NCBI GenBank assembly: GCA_050298595.1
Contig: JBNKUM010000030.1
Span: 34,723 to 98,722 of the forward strand
Direction of reading: 5' to 3'
DNA from: Gammaproteobacteria bacterium
GTDB taxonomy: Bacteria > Pseudomonadota > Gammaproteobacteria > GCA-001735895
DNA: 64,000 nucleotides
Under the pieces are notes generated by a model. That model did no database searches. It was given only the letters and a program-made list of their open reading frames with translations, and was not told where the DNA came from. Below are positions 1-10,252 of the stretch, piece by piece. Within the stretch, counting starts at the first letter, position 1, and every line of letters starts with the position of its first letter. The translations under genes were made by a program, and so were the position numbers.

Positions 1-350
1 AATCCCAGAGGAGTGACCAGTTCACGCCCCAGAAACAGGTTTGATGTGGCGTTAAGATTATCCGCCAACGCCAGGGTTTGATAAATGGTTTCAATGTTAT
101 AAGTACGAGCATCGCGTGGATTATTAATAACCGCCTTTTTACCATTGATAAATATTTCGCCACCATTGCCCTGATAGGCACCGGAAAGCATTTTTATCAG
201 TGTTGATTTACCAGCGCCATTGTGACCAAGCAGGCCGACAACTTCCCCTGCATACAGATCTACAGTGACACCATCTACTGCCTTTATGCCACCAAACGAG
301 AGATGCATATCTCTCATTTCTACTAAGGGGGGGGATTGATTCATGCTCAT
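1..350 (-). CDS. xylG: Sugar (xylose) ABC transporter ATP-binding protein, runs off the window edge
   Basis: Not in ORF track. Minus strand from ATG at 350 reads [51 protein letters not shown] (Walker [10 protein letters not shown]); abuts the permease stop. Confidence 0.85.
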   Translation of the reverse strand, partial: MSMNQSPPLVEMRDMHLSFGGIKAVDGVTVDLYAGEVVGLLGHNGAGKSTLIKMLSGAYQGNGGEIFINGKKAVINNPRDARTYNIETIYQTLALADNLNATSNLFLGRELVTPLG

Positions 351-1673
351 CTATCTCTGCCCTGTTTTACGTCGATAAATAATATCCAGATAAACCGCCA
401 CAATCAGTACCAGTCCGACGACGATAGATTGTAAGGGTGCATCCACCCCTACCATCGCCATTCCAGATTGCAGCGATTGCATGATCACGGCACCGAGGAT
501 AGCACCATAAATAGTGCCAAAGCCACCAGATAACGCAGTTCCGCCAATTACCGCAGCAGCGATAACGCGTAATTCATCAAGTGTACCCAGATCGTTACCC
601 ACCGCACCGAGTCGGGCAGAAGCGATGACTGAGGCAATGGCCGTTAATCCACCCATCAGTGCAAATACTTTAACAGTCATCATTTGGGTGTCTATGCCTG
701 ATAGCTGAGCGGCTTCAGGATTACCACCCATGGCGTAAACATAGCGTCCAAAACGAGTACGTTGGGACACAATGGTCATAATAATGGCGATTGCCAACAG
801 GATGAGTACGGGAATAGCGATACCGTGATAAAGCGTCAAACCCTGTTCAGGGATCTCAAGCCCCTGGTCTTCGGCGATGCGTTTCACTGCACCAGAAGGT
901 ATGGGGTAGGAATTCATTATCCAGACAAAGCCCATAATCAAAGTGACAGCAACACCGATCAGGGTCACTTCTGCCCATACCGGTTTCAATGAAAAACCAT
1001 GATTCGCTTTTTGTCTGCGACTGGCAAGCATAAAGAAGACGGCAATAAGTGTCGCAACAACGCCCAGCAACCAGCTCAACGTGTCTCCCAGTGTGCCTTC
1101 TGCACCACCACCAAGAAGTTTATAGGTCGCATCAAGTGGTGCCACCGTCTGACCCTGAGTAACCCACCAGGCTGCGCCGCGATACACCAGCAGGCCACCG
1201 AGCGTAACGATAAAGGCGGGAACGGTGAGATAACCAATAATCCAGCCTTGAAAAGCACCAATCAACACACCACAAAAAATACCAAAGATTACAGTGATAA
1301 ACCAGATAGACCAATGTCCATAGCCTAGATACTCAGGTAGGAAGTGAACTTGCAGCGTTCCCATCAACATACCCAGTAATCCGAGCAGAGATCCCACCGA
1401 AAGGTCGATGTGACGGGTGACAATAACGAACACCATGCCCGTAGCCATCACTGCGACGGAAGCGGTTTGTACCGACAGATTAAACAGGTTTCGGGGAGTC
1501 AGAAAGCGCCCATCAGTAAACTGATTAAATACAAGCCATAGTAACACCAGTGCACCAAGCATGCCCAGGATACGAGTATCGACGCCTAATTTGGAAATGA
1601 AGTTTTTAATGACGTTGTTCAGAGCTCGACCTTTATAATATTCAAATTTAATACCGACCTTGCCTACATACAA
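351..1673 (-). CDS. xylH: Xylose ABC transporter permease (true start possibly downstream)
   Basis: BPD_transp_2 motifs (IDLSVGS, PAFIVTLG, GGNPEAAQLSGI, IAAAVIGG); lies downstream of xylF. Confidence 0.9.
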   Translation of the reverse strand: MYVGKVGIKFEYYKGRALNNVIKNFISKLGVDTRILGMLGALVLLWLVFNQFTDGRFLTPRNLFNLSVQTASVAVMATGMVFVIVTRHIDLSVGSLLGLLGMLMGTLQVHFLPEYLGYGHWSIWFITVIFGIFCGVLIGAFQGWIIGYLTVPAFIVTLGGLLVYRGAAWWVTQGQTVAPLDATYKLLGGGAEGTLGDTLSWLLGVVATLIAVFFMLASRRQKANHGFSLKPVWAEVTLIGVAVTLIMGFVWIMNSYPIPSGAVKRIAEDQGLEIPEQGLTLYHGIAIPVLILLAIAIIMTIVSQRTRFGRYVYAMGGNPEAAQLSGIDTQMMTVKVFALMGGLTAIASVIASARLGAVGNDLGTLDELRVIAAAVIGGTALSGGFGTIYGAILGAVIMQSLQSGMAMVGVDAPLQSIVVGLVLIVAVYLDIIYRRKTGQR

Positions 1674-1720
1674 TATACGTAATACCAGATGGAGGTAAAG
1701 ACTTTTTTCAGTAATAAATA

Positions 1721-1750
1721 AAGCCCTCTTCTATTCTGAAGAGGGCTTTG
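1721..1750 (-). terminator. Hairpin between xylF and xylH (terminator or mRNA stabiliser)
   Basis: AAGCCCTCTTC-tattct-GAAGAGGGCTT inverted repeat; T-run follows on the minus strand. Confidence 0.7.
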
Positions 1751-1757
1751 GTAACGA

Positions 1758-2789
1758 TTACTTACAAACAGGAACCTTGCTTGGGCTTACACCTGAGCAG
1801 AGAACTTTTTTGCTTATCCAGCCAGCATCCAGTACCACGTTAAGATTTTTACGTGTAATGGGAACGGGTGCCAGAAATCTAGCAGTCATCTTGGTACCGG
1901 ATGGAGAAGTCCAGGACCTGGAGCCTTTAATCGATTTTAATGAACGACCTTTCGCCAGCTCAGCAGCAATTTCAGCGGCTGCTTTACCCAGCTCACGAGC
2001 ATCTTTCCACACCGACACGGTTTGGGTACCAAGCGCAACTCGATTCAGTGCTGCATGATCACCATCCTGACCAGATACCGGAATACCTTCCATACCCTGT
2101 GCTGTCAAGGCAGCTACGACGCCACCCGCAGTACCGTCGTTTGAAGCGACAACAGCATCAACCTTGTTGTCTACAGAGGTCAGAATCTGTTCCATGTTGC
2201 GTTGTGCATTGGCTGGCACCCAGCCATCGGTATAGGCTTCACCGACAATCTTGATGTCGCCCTTTTTGATTGCTTTCTGCAGAATTTCCTGCTGGCCACC
2301 ACGCAGAAAATCAGCGTTAGGATCCTGGGGTGAGCCCTTGATCATGACGTAATTTCCTTTTGGCTTAGCCGCCAGAACTGCGCGTGCCTGCATGCGTCCG
2401 ACTTCAACATTATCGAAGGTCAGGTAAAATGCACGACTGTCTTCGATTAATCGATCATAAGCAACAACGGGAATGCCCTCATCGCTTGCCTGATCTACTG
2501 CCGGACGAATAGCCGAAGCATCCTGTGCCAGTACGATCAATGCTTTAGCGCCTCGAGCAATCAGACTTTCAATATCTGAAAGTTGCTTGGATGAAGAACT
2601 TTGAGCATCGGCAGAGATGTATTTTGCACCAGCGGCTTCCAAAGCTGCTTTCATAGCAGCTTCATCGGTTTTCCAGCGTTCTTCCTGGAAGTTTGACCAG
2701 CTGACGCCGACCACAAGATCAGCAGCTGAGAGTGATGTAGCCACAAACAGTCCTGCCATAAACAGAGTAATAGTTTTAATGAATTTCAT
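1758..2789 (-). CDS. xylF: D-xylose ABC transporter substrate-binding protein
   Basis: Signal peptide; [38 protein letters not shown] and QTVSVWKD motifs of XylF. Confidence 0.93.
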   Translation of the reverse strand: MKFIKTITLFMAGLFVATSLSAADLVVGVSWSNFQEERWKTDEAAMKAALEAAGAKYISADAQSSSSKQLSDIESLIARGAKALIVLAQDASAIRPAVDQASDEGIPVVAYDRLIEDSRAFYLTFDNVEVGRMQARAVLAAKPKGNYVMIKGSPQDPNADFLRGGQQEILQKAIKKGDIKIVGEAYTDGWVPANAQRNMEQILTSVDNKVDAVVASNDGTAGGVVAALTAQGMEGIPVSGQDGDHAALNRVALGTQTVSVWKDARELGKAAAEIAAELAKGRSLKSIKGSRSWTSPSGTKMTARFLAPVPITRKNLNVVLDAGWISKKVLCSGVSPSKVPVCK

Positions 2790-3088
2790 ACGTGCTCCTA
2801 ACCTTATCGGTATATCATTTGTTTCAGAATCTTAAGTTTCAAAAAACAACATTTTTTTGTAGTGCCATTGTAAAATTCGGTCTTGAAAAAACCACTGAAA
2901 AACAAAAAAAAACAATTCCAAATAAAAAAAAACAAATTTTTTGTCTTATGTTATCCGATATCTAAATGGATTATTCTATTTGTGTTTCAATTAGACCTTA
3001 AAATAGCTTATCAATTAAATGCGGAATAAGATATCTTGTTCGCTCAAAAATCTTAATCGCTATACTTACACAAAAATTAAACGGACCT

Positions 3089-4666
3089 ATGATATCCCAC
3101 AGATTAAACTCCTATATCTTCACTTTATCACTAATATGGCCTTTATTAACGTCAGCGGCTGATGTGTCTTTCAAGCGGGTAGATGCTGATTTAATCAAAC
3201 ATCAGTACACTGGTGGCTGGGAACATTTTGTCGGAGGCGGAATTAGCAGCTTCGATTGTGATGGTGATACCTTTCCCGAATTGTACCTGGCCGGAGGCTC
3301 CGCTCCAGCCACGCTGTTGCGCAACCGCTCAGCATCCGCCAGGGGAAAGCTTCACTTCGAAGCGCAAACACCTGAAGCCTTATCCATCTTGCATGTGACT
3401 GGTTCTTATCCATTAGACATTGATAATGATGGTTTACTCGACCTGGTGGTTCTTCGCGTCGGAAAAAATGTGCTATTACGCGGAGAAGGCGGATGTCGTT
3501 TCACCCCATTTCCAGCTTCTCTGGGGTTTGACAGTGAGGATCATTGGACGACCGCCTTTTCAGCTACCTGGGAACACGGGCTAAGCTTACCTACTCTGGC
3601 TTTTGGTAATTATGTAGATCGAGAGCAACCCGATGGACCATTCGAAGCCTGCGATGACAATCGTCTGTATCGTCCCTTGCAGAAGCAATATGGCCCCCCG
3701 TTAAAACTAAGCCCTGGCTATTGCGCATTGTCGATGTTGTTTTCAGACTGGGGAAAGAATGGTCGAATGGATCTGCGTATAAGCAATGACCGCCATTACT
3801 ATGTGCGTAAAGGTTCGGAACAACTATGGGCCATGGAACAGCATCCACGGCTTTACGCCGCTCAGGATGGCTGGATTGACTACTCTTTGTGGGGTATGGG
3901 CATCGCCAGCCGTGATCTGACGGGTGATGGTTATCCAGAAATATTCCTCACCTCGATGGGTGATCAGAAACTACAGTCTCTGGACCGATCCGTCAACGGC
4001 CCAAGGTACCTGAACGCAACCTTCGATCGTGGTATCACAGCGCATCGACCTTATACCGGCGATGACGGCAGACCTTCTACCGGCTGGCATGCGGAATTTG
4101 CCGACATCAATAACGATGGTCGTGACGATATCTTCATCTCAAAGGGTAATGTCGAGCAGATGTTGTCAAGCGCAGTACGCGACCCGAATAATCTGCTGGT
4201 TCAAAACGGCCAAGCGCTGTTCAAGGAGCAGGCATTAACTGCTGGTGTTGCTAGCTTCGCCAAAAGTCGTGGCGCAACCCTGACAGATCTTAACCTCGAC
4301 GGCTTTCCCGACCTGGCGGTTTTAAACCGCAACGCTGCGGTAGAAATCTATCAAAACCAGAGCTCGTCAACTGGACACTGGTTATTACTCAAGCTAATTC
4401 AAGCGGGAAGCAACAGGGATGCCATAGGCGCCTGGATCGAAGTCCGCAACAATGATGCTTCCTGGTTTCGCGAGATCACCATAGGAGGAGGACATGCAGG
4501 AGGTGCTTCTGGCTACCAACATTTCGGTCTGGGGGATGCAGAGTCCGTAAGCATAAGAGTGACCTGGCCGGATGGTGTAGTCAGTGACTGGTTAAACCTC
4601 GACACAAATCACAAAGTCCAGATCACAAGGAACAATTCTGACTCCTTAGTAGCAATCAATGAATAA
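3089..4666 (+). CDS. CRTAC1-family secreted protein (FG-GAP-like repeats plus ASPIC/UnbV C-terminal domain)
   Basis: Signal peptide; repeated DxDxDG..D motifs (DCDGDTFPE, DIDNDGLLD, DLTGDGYPE, DINNDGRDD, DLNLDGFPD); C-terminal HFGLG...VTWPDG. Confidence 0.88.
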   Translation: MISHRLNSYIFTLSLIWPLLTSAADVSFKRVDADLIKHQYTGGWEHFVGGGISSFDCDGDTFPELYLAGGSAPATLLRNRSASARGKLHFEAQTPEALSILHVTGSYPLDIDNDGLLDLVVLRVGKNVLLRGEGGCRFTPFPASLGFDSEDHWTTAFSATWEHGLSLPTLAFGNYVDREQPDGPFEACDDNRLYRPLQKQYGPPLKLSPGYCALSMLFSDWGKNGRMDLRISNDRHYYVRKGSEQLWAMEQHPRLYAAQDGWIDYSLWGMGIASRDLTGDGYPEIFLTSMGDQKLQSLDRSVNGPRYLNATFDRGITAHRPYTGDDGRPSTGWHAEFADINNDGRDDIFISKGNVEQMLSSAVRDPNNLLVQNGQALFKEQALTAGVASFAKSRGATLTDLNLDGFPDLAVLNRNAAVEIYQNQSSSTGHWLLLKLIQAGSNRDAIGAWIEVRNNDASWFREITIGGGHAGGASGYQHFGLGDAESVSIRVTWPDGVVSDWLNLDTNHKVQITRNNSDSLVAINE

Positions 4667-4693
4667 CGGTGACCAGGAAAATTAAGTCTGTAC

Positions 4694-4745
4694 CATCCAT
4701 GCTGAAAACCCAACAGGTGAATCCCGCTACGAGCTGAATTGCACG
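4694..4745 (+). repeat. Dispersed ~52-bp repeat (inverted copy at ~10199-10252)
   Basis: CATCCATGCTGAAAACCcAAcAGGTGAATcCCGCTACGAGCTGAATTGCACG matches the reverse complement of 10199-10252 with about 3 mismatches. Confidence 0.85.
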
Positions 4746-4749
4746 TCAG

Positions 4750-4844
4750 CGTGGTATTTGCTGTTGGGGCGAATACTTCATGGAATCTTGTCAGGTAAAC
4801 CCCTGGCTTTGGAACCACCGCGCCAGCTTGGCGAAAAAATCCAT
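4750..4844 (-). pseudogene. IS91/ISCR-family transposase C-terminal remnant
   Basis: Minus strand, allowing frameshifts: DFFAKLA / VVPKPGVYLTRFHEVFAP / SKY, resembling the IS91/ISCR segment AKLAALVPKPRVNLTRFHGVFAPNSK. Confidence 0.7.
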
Positions 4845-5073
4845 GCATAGAAAAAAATAAATGAAAAACACTGGTTTTTGGTATTGACAATCGAAAGATA
4901 TACACATTTATATTCAAGTTTCGAAAAGAGGTCAATATTCGTACGCATTTTTTACTATAAAAATATTAATACTTGTAAGCCATTGAATATAAGGGATAAA
5001 TTAAATTGTTCGTAAATCATACAATTTAACACAACTGTAACATTGGCGCGGCCTGGATATCTTTTTCAAACAC

Positions 5074-5108
5074 TTATTCACAGACTTATACACAGAAAAT
5101 GTGGATAA
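5074..5108. promoter_or_regulatory. Cluster of three DnaA-box-like 9-mers
   Basis: TTATTCACA (5074-5082), TTATACACA (5086-5094), TGTGGATAA (5100-5108, inverted TTATCCACA). Confidence 0.65.
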
Positions 5109-5591
5109 GTGATTATTATCAAATTTGACAACAGCTTAGCTATCGGCGAATAGAATTTACTCTAACTAGTGAGTGTAAGTGTGTTTTGTTTTGAGTAGAA
5201 AAAGTTGTACTACCAGATACATCTTTGCTGCCGCAAGCATATTTGCTGGTATATCCAGAGTTAGTGATTTTCAATCTTGTTTGATTGTGTCCCTACGTTT
5301 ACGGTTTGATATGGCTCCGCGAAGGCAAAACCGTAAGTTTCTGTTCAAATGCCTCCGTTAATCCTGATTGAAGCCGACTGTCGCTTAAATTGTGAAGCGA
5401 GGTAAGCACTGGTTTTCGAGACACGTGAAACTGTAAAATTGGTCATTTACTGTGCCCTACTTTGGAAAGATGTTATCTCTGGCTTGCAATATGGGTATGG
5501 GGCTTTTATGATGCACACCTTTCTCAGTATTTCCCCCATAAAACCACTTTGAGTCCTGTTTTCATCCACGACTCCGACAGATTATTTTCTA

Positions 5592-7169
5592 ATGCTTTTT
5601 AAACTTTTCGAAAAGAAAAACGGTAACTATAAAGACGATACCCTATCTGGATTGACGGTTGCTCTTGCACTGGTTCCTGAAGCTATCGCTTTTTCCTTTA
5701 TTGCAGGTGTTGATCCTATCGTTGGCCTTTGGTCGGCAGTTTTCCTGGGCTTGATTACCTCATCCTTCGGCGGTCGCCCCGGTATGATTTCAGGCGCAAC
5801 CGGTGCCATAGCTGTCGTTGTTGCCAAGGTTGTAGACATAGGTACTACCACTGGTCTGGAAATGGGCGTGGACAATCTCGGCATGCAGTATCTATTTGTT
5901 ACTTTACTCCTGGCTGGATTCATCCAGTCCCTTGTCGGTGCACTTAAACTAGGTAGATTTATTCGATTGGTACCCCACCCTGTCATGATGGGTTTCGTCA
6001 ATGGCCTGGCTATCCTGATTCTGCTGGCCCAGTTTGATTCCTTTCGCGATGCAAATGGTAACTGGTTAGACAGTAGTCAATTAATCGTCATGGGCGGATT
6101 AGCGCTACTCACTATGGCAATCATTCAATTCTTTCCAAAACTGACTCAGGCCGTACCTTCTATACTAGTAGCAATCGTCGGCGTCAGTCTGCTGACTTAC
6201 TTTGATGTGGTCAGTACCAAGACTATTGCTGACGTACTTTATGAAGGCACCGGTAGCGCATCGCTAAACGCTTCACTACCCACTTTTACCTGGCCCAGTG
6301 ATATAGTCTGGAATACCAGCACCTTGCTGCTGATTGGAGGAACTGCTGTAACCGTTGCTCTGGTGGGTCTTATCGAATCACTCATGACACTTCAGCTTAT
6401 TGATGACATGACTGAGACACGTGGTCAGGGCAACCGTGAATGTTTTGCTCAGGGTGGAGCCAACTTTCTGTCTGGCCTATTTGGGGGCATGGGGGGGTGC
6501 GCTATGATTGGTCAAAGCCTGATTAACATCAAATCGGGCGGACGCGGACGCTGGTCGGGTTTTATTGCTGCAATATCTCTTACCTTCCTGATCATGGTGG
6601 GCGGCCCTGTTATTAGCCAGATCCCCATCGCCGCACTGGTTGGCGTCATGTTCATGGTAGTGATAGGAACCTTTGAATGGGCAAGCTTTATGACTTTGGG
6701 CAAAGTGCCCTTCTCTGAAGTCATCGTCATTCTGGTCGTAACACTGACCACTGTCATCATGCATAACCTGGCGCTAGCCGTGTTTGCCGGTGTGATCGTC
6801 TCTGCACTGGTATTCGCCTGGCAGAGTGCTCAGCATGTTCGGTTGAATCCACACAATCTCGAAGACGGAACACGAATCTACAACCTTCAAGGCGTTTTGT
6901 ACTTTGGTTCGGTACGTGAATTTTCTGAGAGGCTTTCGCCTGCGACTGATCCCGACCAGGTTATTATCGACTTTAAAGAAGCCAGAGTTGCGGATTACTC
7001 AAGTATGGAAGCACTGAATGCCATCACCGAGCGATATCGTAAAGCTGGCAAAAGACTGCGCTTGCGTCATCTAAGCCCAGAGTGTCAGCAAATGATAACC
7101 ACAGCCGGTAGCTTGATTGAGGTAGAAGTGGCTGAAGATGATCCACATTACAATATTGCGCGGATTTAA
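5592..7169 (+). CDS. SulP/SLC26-family anion transporter with STAS domain
   Basis: SGLTVALALVPEAIAF, GGRPGMISG and GGCAMIGQS motifs; C-terminal STAS (LYFGS, VIIDF). Confidence 0.93.
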   Translation: MLFKLFEKKNGNYKDDTLSGLTVALALVPEAIAFSFIAGVDPIVGLWSAVFLGLITSSFGGRPGMISGATGAIAVVVAKVVDIGTTTGLEMGVDNLGMQYLFVTLLLAGFIQSLVGALKLGRFIRLVPHPVMMGFVNGLAILILLAQFDSFRDANGNWLDSSQLIVMGGLALLTMAIIQFFPKLTQAVPSILVAIVGVSLLTYFDVVSTKTIADVLYEGTGSASLNASLPTFTWPSDIVWNTSTLLLIGGTAVTVALVGLIESLMTLQLIDDMTETRGQGNRECFAQGGANFLSGLFGGMGGCAMIGQSLINIKSGGRGRWSGFIAAISLTFLIMVGGPVISQIPIAALVGVMFMVVIGTFEWASFMTLGKVPFSEVIVILVVTLTTVIMHNLALAVFAGVIVSALVFAWQSAQHVRLNPHNLEDGTRIYNLQGVLYFGSVREFSERLSPATDPDQVIIDFKEARVADYSSMEALNAITERYRKAGKRLRLRHLSPECQQMITTAGSLIEVEVAEDDPHYNIARI

Positions 7170-7204
7170 CTGGATTATTGCCGCCTGTCAAAAGTTCATG
7201 CCTG

Positions 7205-9091
7205 TCAAGCTTTCGAATCATCCAGCACAACCGCATTTCGCCCCGCCTTCTTAGCCTCGTACATCGCTTTATCTGCCCATGTGATCAGATTGTCTGTTGT
7301 AACCTCCTTATCGAGAAAAATCACCACACCGATACTTACTTTACACTGGTGCTGGACCGTTTTCTCTTTTCCTGTGTCCTCGGTAAATGTTAGTGTATAG
7401 GGCTCGGCCAGAATAGCACGGATCTTTTCTGCCACATTGCCAGCTTGCAATGTAGATTTGGCCTTATCCTTATCCAGTTCAGTGACAACAACCACAAACT
7501 CATCACCGCCATATCGGCCAACCGTATCTACCTGTCGTACACAGCTTTTCAATCGTTTTGCTACTTCAATCAATAACAGGTCTCCAACGCTATGACCATG
7601 CAAGTCATTAAGCGGCTTAAAGTTGTCCAGATCAAGAAACAGCACGGCTGAATAACGGCCACTACGTGAGCCGGCCTGTATCGCATGACCCAGGCGATCG
7701 ATCAACAGACGACGGTTAGGGAGTTGTGTCAATGAGTCATAAAAGGCAAGACTGTGTATCTGCTCTTCCACTAACTTGCGTTGTGTAATATCGACAAAAG
7801 TAACCACTGCGCCTAGCACAACACCATTATTAATGATGGGCTGCGACCAATATTCCACGGGTATAGCACTCCCATCTTTTTTCCAGAATACTTCATTCGT
7901 TACGTGAATTTCCTTTTTAAAAAATGCATTAAACGATTTGCACTCCGACTGTGGGTACTCACTACCATCTGGATATGAATGATGTATGAGTTTATGAGCA
8001 TTCTTACCGATAAGCTCATTGGTATCTTCGTAGCCAAGTATTTTCAGAAATGCACGGTTTACAAATTTGAATTTCTCATTCATGTCGACGCCATAGGCTC
8101 CCTCCGCCATAGAGTTGAGTAGTGAGTACATTTGTTGATGGGATTCATGCAGGCTTGTCACATCCTGAGCAATACTCACGCCGCCTATGATCTTTCCTTC
8201 AGGACTACGCGAAGGCACGCAAGTCATGGTTATCCAGAAAATGGATTCGTTGAAGGCAGTAAAATAATACCCCTCGTAATAGCCATGCTCTCCTTCCAGA
8301 GCCTTTGTTAAGGCGGGCAGAAAAGACTTATCATTGAGCAAATTCAGATCCAGTCCGACAGGGTGCTCACGAAAGTTGCGCAAGGTATCTGCGAAGCGAT
8401 CATTGCAGTAGGTGACGATGAGATTGGTATCGTAATACATAATGCCAACGGGTGAGTAATTCAGCAATAACTGATAGCGCTCTCGCGCTATATCCTCACG
8501 TTCGGATGCCTCAAGACGCAAATAAATGTTGTCACAAATATTGCTATTCATATAACGCGAGATCACGATCATAAAACCAAGATACAGCATGACAGCTATG
8601 CCCATAGACATATACAAACTGTTCCCTGCTGAAAACAGGCGAATGAGAATAGGCGTAGAAGCAAATACAGAAAAACCTATAGAACAGGCAAGATCGGCAG
8701 CATATGAAATCACGCCGCCAGCCGTTAAACCAGCCAGCATGAAAACTAAAAACATCTGATGAGGTGGGTCGTTGGGCGGGAACATCACAATCCCTGCCAT
8801 TCCCCACACTAAACCAACCGCAAGTACACCAACTCGAAATCTCAACATGCGTGCATCAGGCGAGGTGTTTTCATTCAGCGGGAAACGTCTATAAACAAAA
8901 ACAAGAATGGAGCGAGAGATAGCGACCAATAAAATCAGTGCTAGCCAGATTATAATCACGCTGGAAGCGATTAGACCTTGCTGCTCATAAGCTAAAACCA
9001 CCGCAAGCAATGTGCTGGTAATAATTGAAGTGTAACTGGAGGCTAGCATCTGCCGCAGCAGTGCAGCCTTTATCGCTTTCTGTTTATCCAT
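7205..9091 (-). CDS. Membrane-bound PAS-PAS diguanylate cyclase
   Basis: N-terminal TM helices, two PAS domains, YDSLTQLPNR, DLDNFK, intact RYGGDEF. Start placed at MDKQK; ORF track extends to 9142. Confidence 0.9.
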   Translation of the reverse strand: MDKQKAIKAALLRQMLASSYTSIITSTLLAVVLAYEQQGLIASSVIIIWLALILLVAISRSILVFVYRRFPLNENTSPDARMLRFRVGVLAVGLVWGMAGIVMFPPNDPPHQMFLVFMLAGLTAGGVISYAADLACSIGFSVFASTPILIRLFSAGNSLYMSMGIAVMLYLGFMIVISRYMNSNICDNIYLRLEASEREDIARERYQLLLNYSPVGIMYYDTNLIVTYCNDRFADTLRNFREHPVGLDLNLLNDKSFLPALTKALEGEHGYYEGYYFTAFNESIFWITMTCVPSRSPEGKIIGGVSIAQDVTSLHESHQQMYSLLNSMAEGAYGVDMNEKFKFVNRAFLKILGYEDTNELIGKNAHKLIHHSYPDGSEYPQSECKSFNAFFKKEIHVTNEVFWKKDGSAIPVEYWSQPIINNGVVLGAVVTFVDITQRKLVEEQIHSLAFYDSLTQLPNRRLLIDRLGHAIQAGSRSGRYSAVLFLDLDNFKPLNDLHGHSVGDLLLIEVAKRLKSCVRQVDTVGRYGGDEFVVVVTELDKDKAKSTLQAGNVAEKIRAILAEPYTLTFTEDTGKEKTVQHQCKVSIGVVIFLDKEVTTDNLITWADKAMYEAKKAGRNAVVLDDSKA

Positions 9092-9116
9092 ATTAGATTT
9101 GAATCCTTCATTCTGC

Positions 9117-9464
9117 TTAATCCATCCTCTCAACCACATCATCCAGAAAATCCAGTGAGTTTAGCTTATCCATCGACAGCTTGATCGCAACACGCAGTGA
9201 CAACCCTGCGTACTGTAATGCTTTGGCTTGAATCAGCGCATAAGTCAGCACTTTTTGCCTGCATTCATCTTCGCCACTAAGCAGTATCAGGTTGCTAACA
9301 TGATCATGCTCGACCTGATGTCGCACAAATTCCACCCCATCCATTTGAGGCATATTGAGGTCTGAAAGAATCAACTCGTAGAAGTCGCCAGGATGTCCCA
9401 TCGAATCCAGTACGGCCTGTCCGTTTTCGTAGCTGAAATTTATTTTTGGACTGAATTGAGTCAT
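9117..9464 (-). pseudogene. Internally deleted response regulator (REC fragment joined to EAL-like fragment)
   Basis: REC motifs ENGQA, LILSDLNMPQMDGVEF, LILLSG, then an abrupt switch to LRVAIKLSMDKL (EAL-like VAVNLS segment); no complete domain. Confidence 0.6.
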
Positions 9465-10103
9465 TGATTATTTCCTTATATGGGATTTTCAGATTCTACT
9501 CGAGCAACACGAATGTGTGGCCGATCAATGAAGTCATTCTTGAACGGGTGTAGAAACGTTGATTACGCAGTTGATGATTGAGTTTTTTACGCTCATTTTC
9601 GATCTGTTTGCGCACTTTCAGCATGGTTATATACTGACCATCATCAATATTGATATCAGTTGTGCTGGCGGACTTGTCGAGGGCCGCTGGAAACGACTGC
9701 ATATTAAGCATGGCACCTTTCTTCTCCTTAGATAACACGATGTTTCGCTTATCCTTAGTTCACGATTACCACGTTTCGAACTTTATAATGTTGGCTAGTA
9801 CAGACCTGCACTCACTAATCCATGTTAGTTTCTCCTAATAATAGGCCTAACATGGGGATATGTCGAAATTTTGAGCAGGTTTTGTCGTGTTTTATACTCT
9901 GACAGTTAAAAAAGGGCTGCTTTCCTGTTTAACTACTGTGGTGAAAACTCGCTTAAAGAGTCAGAGTGTCCATCAGCTTTTTGTTGCTGAAGACAATAAT
10001 CTACAGCTTCTCTAATGAGAGAATTGAAGAAATAGCCTGAACTTGCGAGGTATTATTTCACCTTAAAAAACTATTCTACCTATACCTACAGTGAAGGAGT
10101 TAC

Positions 10104-10197
10104 AAGGCTTCCGCGTCCTGCTCTCGCCCCTTACCTATGTCCCTATAGGCAAGGCTTACGCGTCCTGCTCACGCCCCTTACCTATGTCCCTATAGGC
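10104..10197 (-). repeat. Two tandem copies of a 47-bp REP-like unit
   Basis: AAGGCTT(C/A)CGCGTCCTGCTC(T/A)CGCCCCTTACCTATGTCCCTATAGGC twice; related inverted copies at ~10276-10320 and 28584-28628. Confidence 0.9.
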
Positions 10198-10198
10198 A

Positions 10199-10252
10199 AC
10201 GTGCAATTCAGCTCGTAGCGGAATTCACCTATTTGGTTTTCAGCATGGATGA
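10199..10252 (-). repeat. Dispersed ~52-bp repeat (copy of 4694-4745)
   Basis: Near-identical to the reverse complement of 4694-4745. Confidence 0.85.

Noticed and set aside
514-1328. Short ORFs overlapping xylH (and similar shadow ORFs across the window)
   Set aside because: Antisense or alternate-frame shadows of well-supported genes.
4609-4935. 108-aa minus-strand ORF as a real gene
   Set aside because: Chance read-through of an IS91-like fragment, a dispersed repeat and the antisense of the CRTAC1 3' end.
5074-5108. Chromosomal or plasmid replication origin
   Set aside because: Only three boxes; no dnaA, gidA, rep gene or iterons in the window.
10104-10197. Tandem 47-bp repeats as a CRISPR array
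   Set aside because: Only two adjacent units, no spacers, no cas genes; the unit is a dispersed REP-like element.
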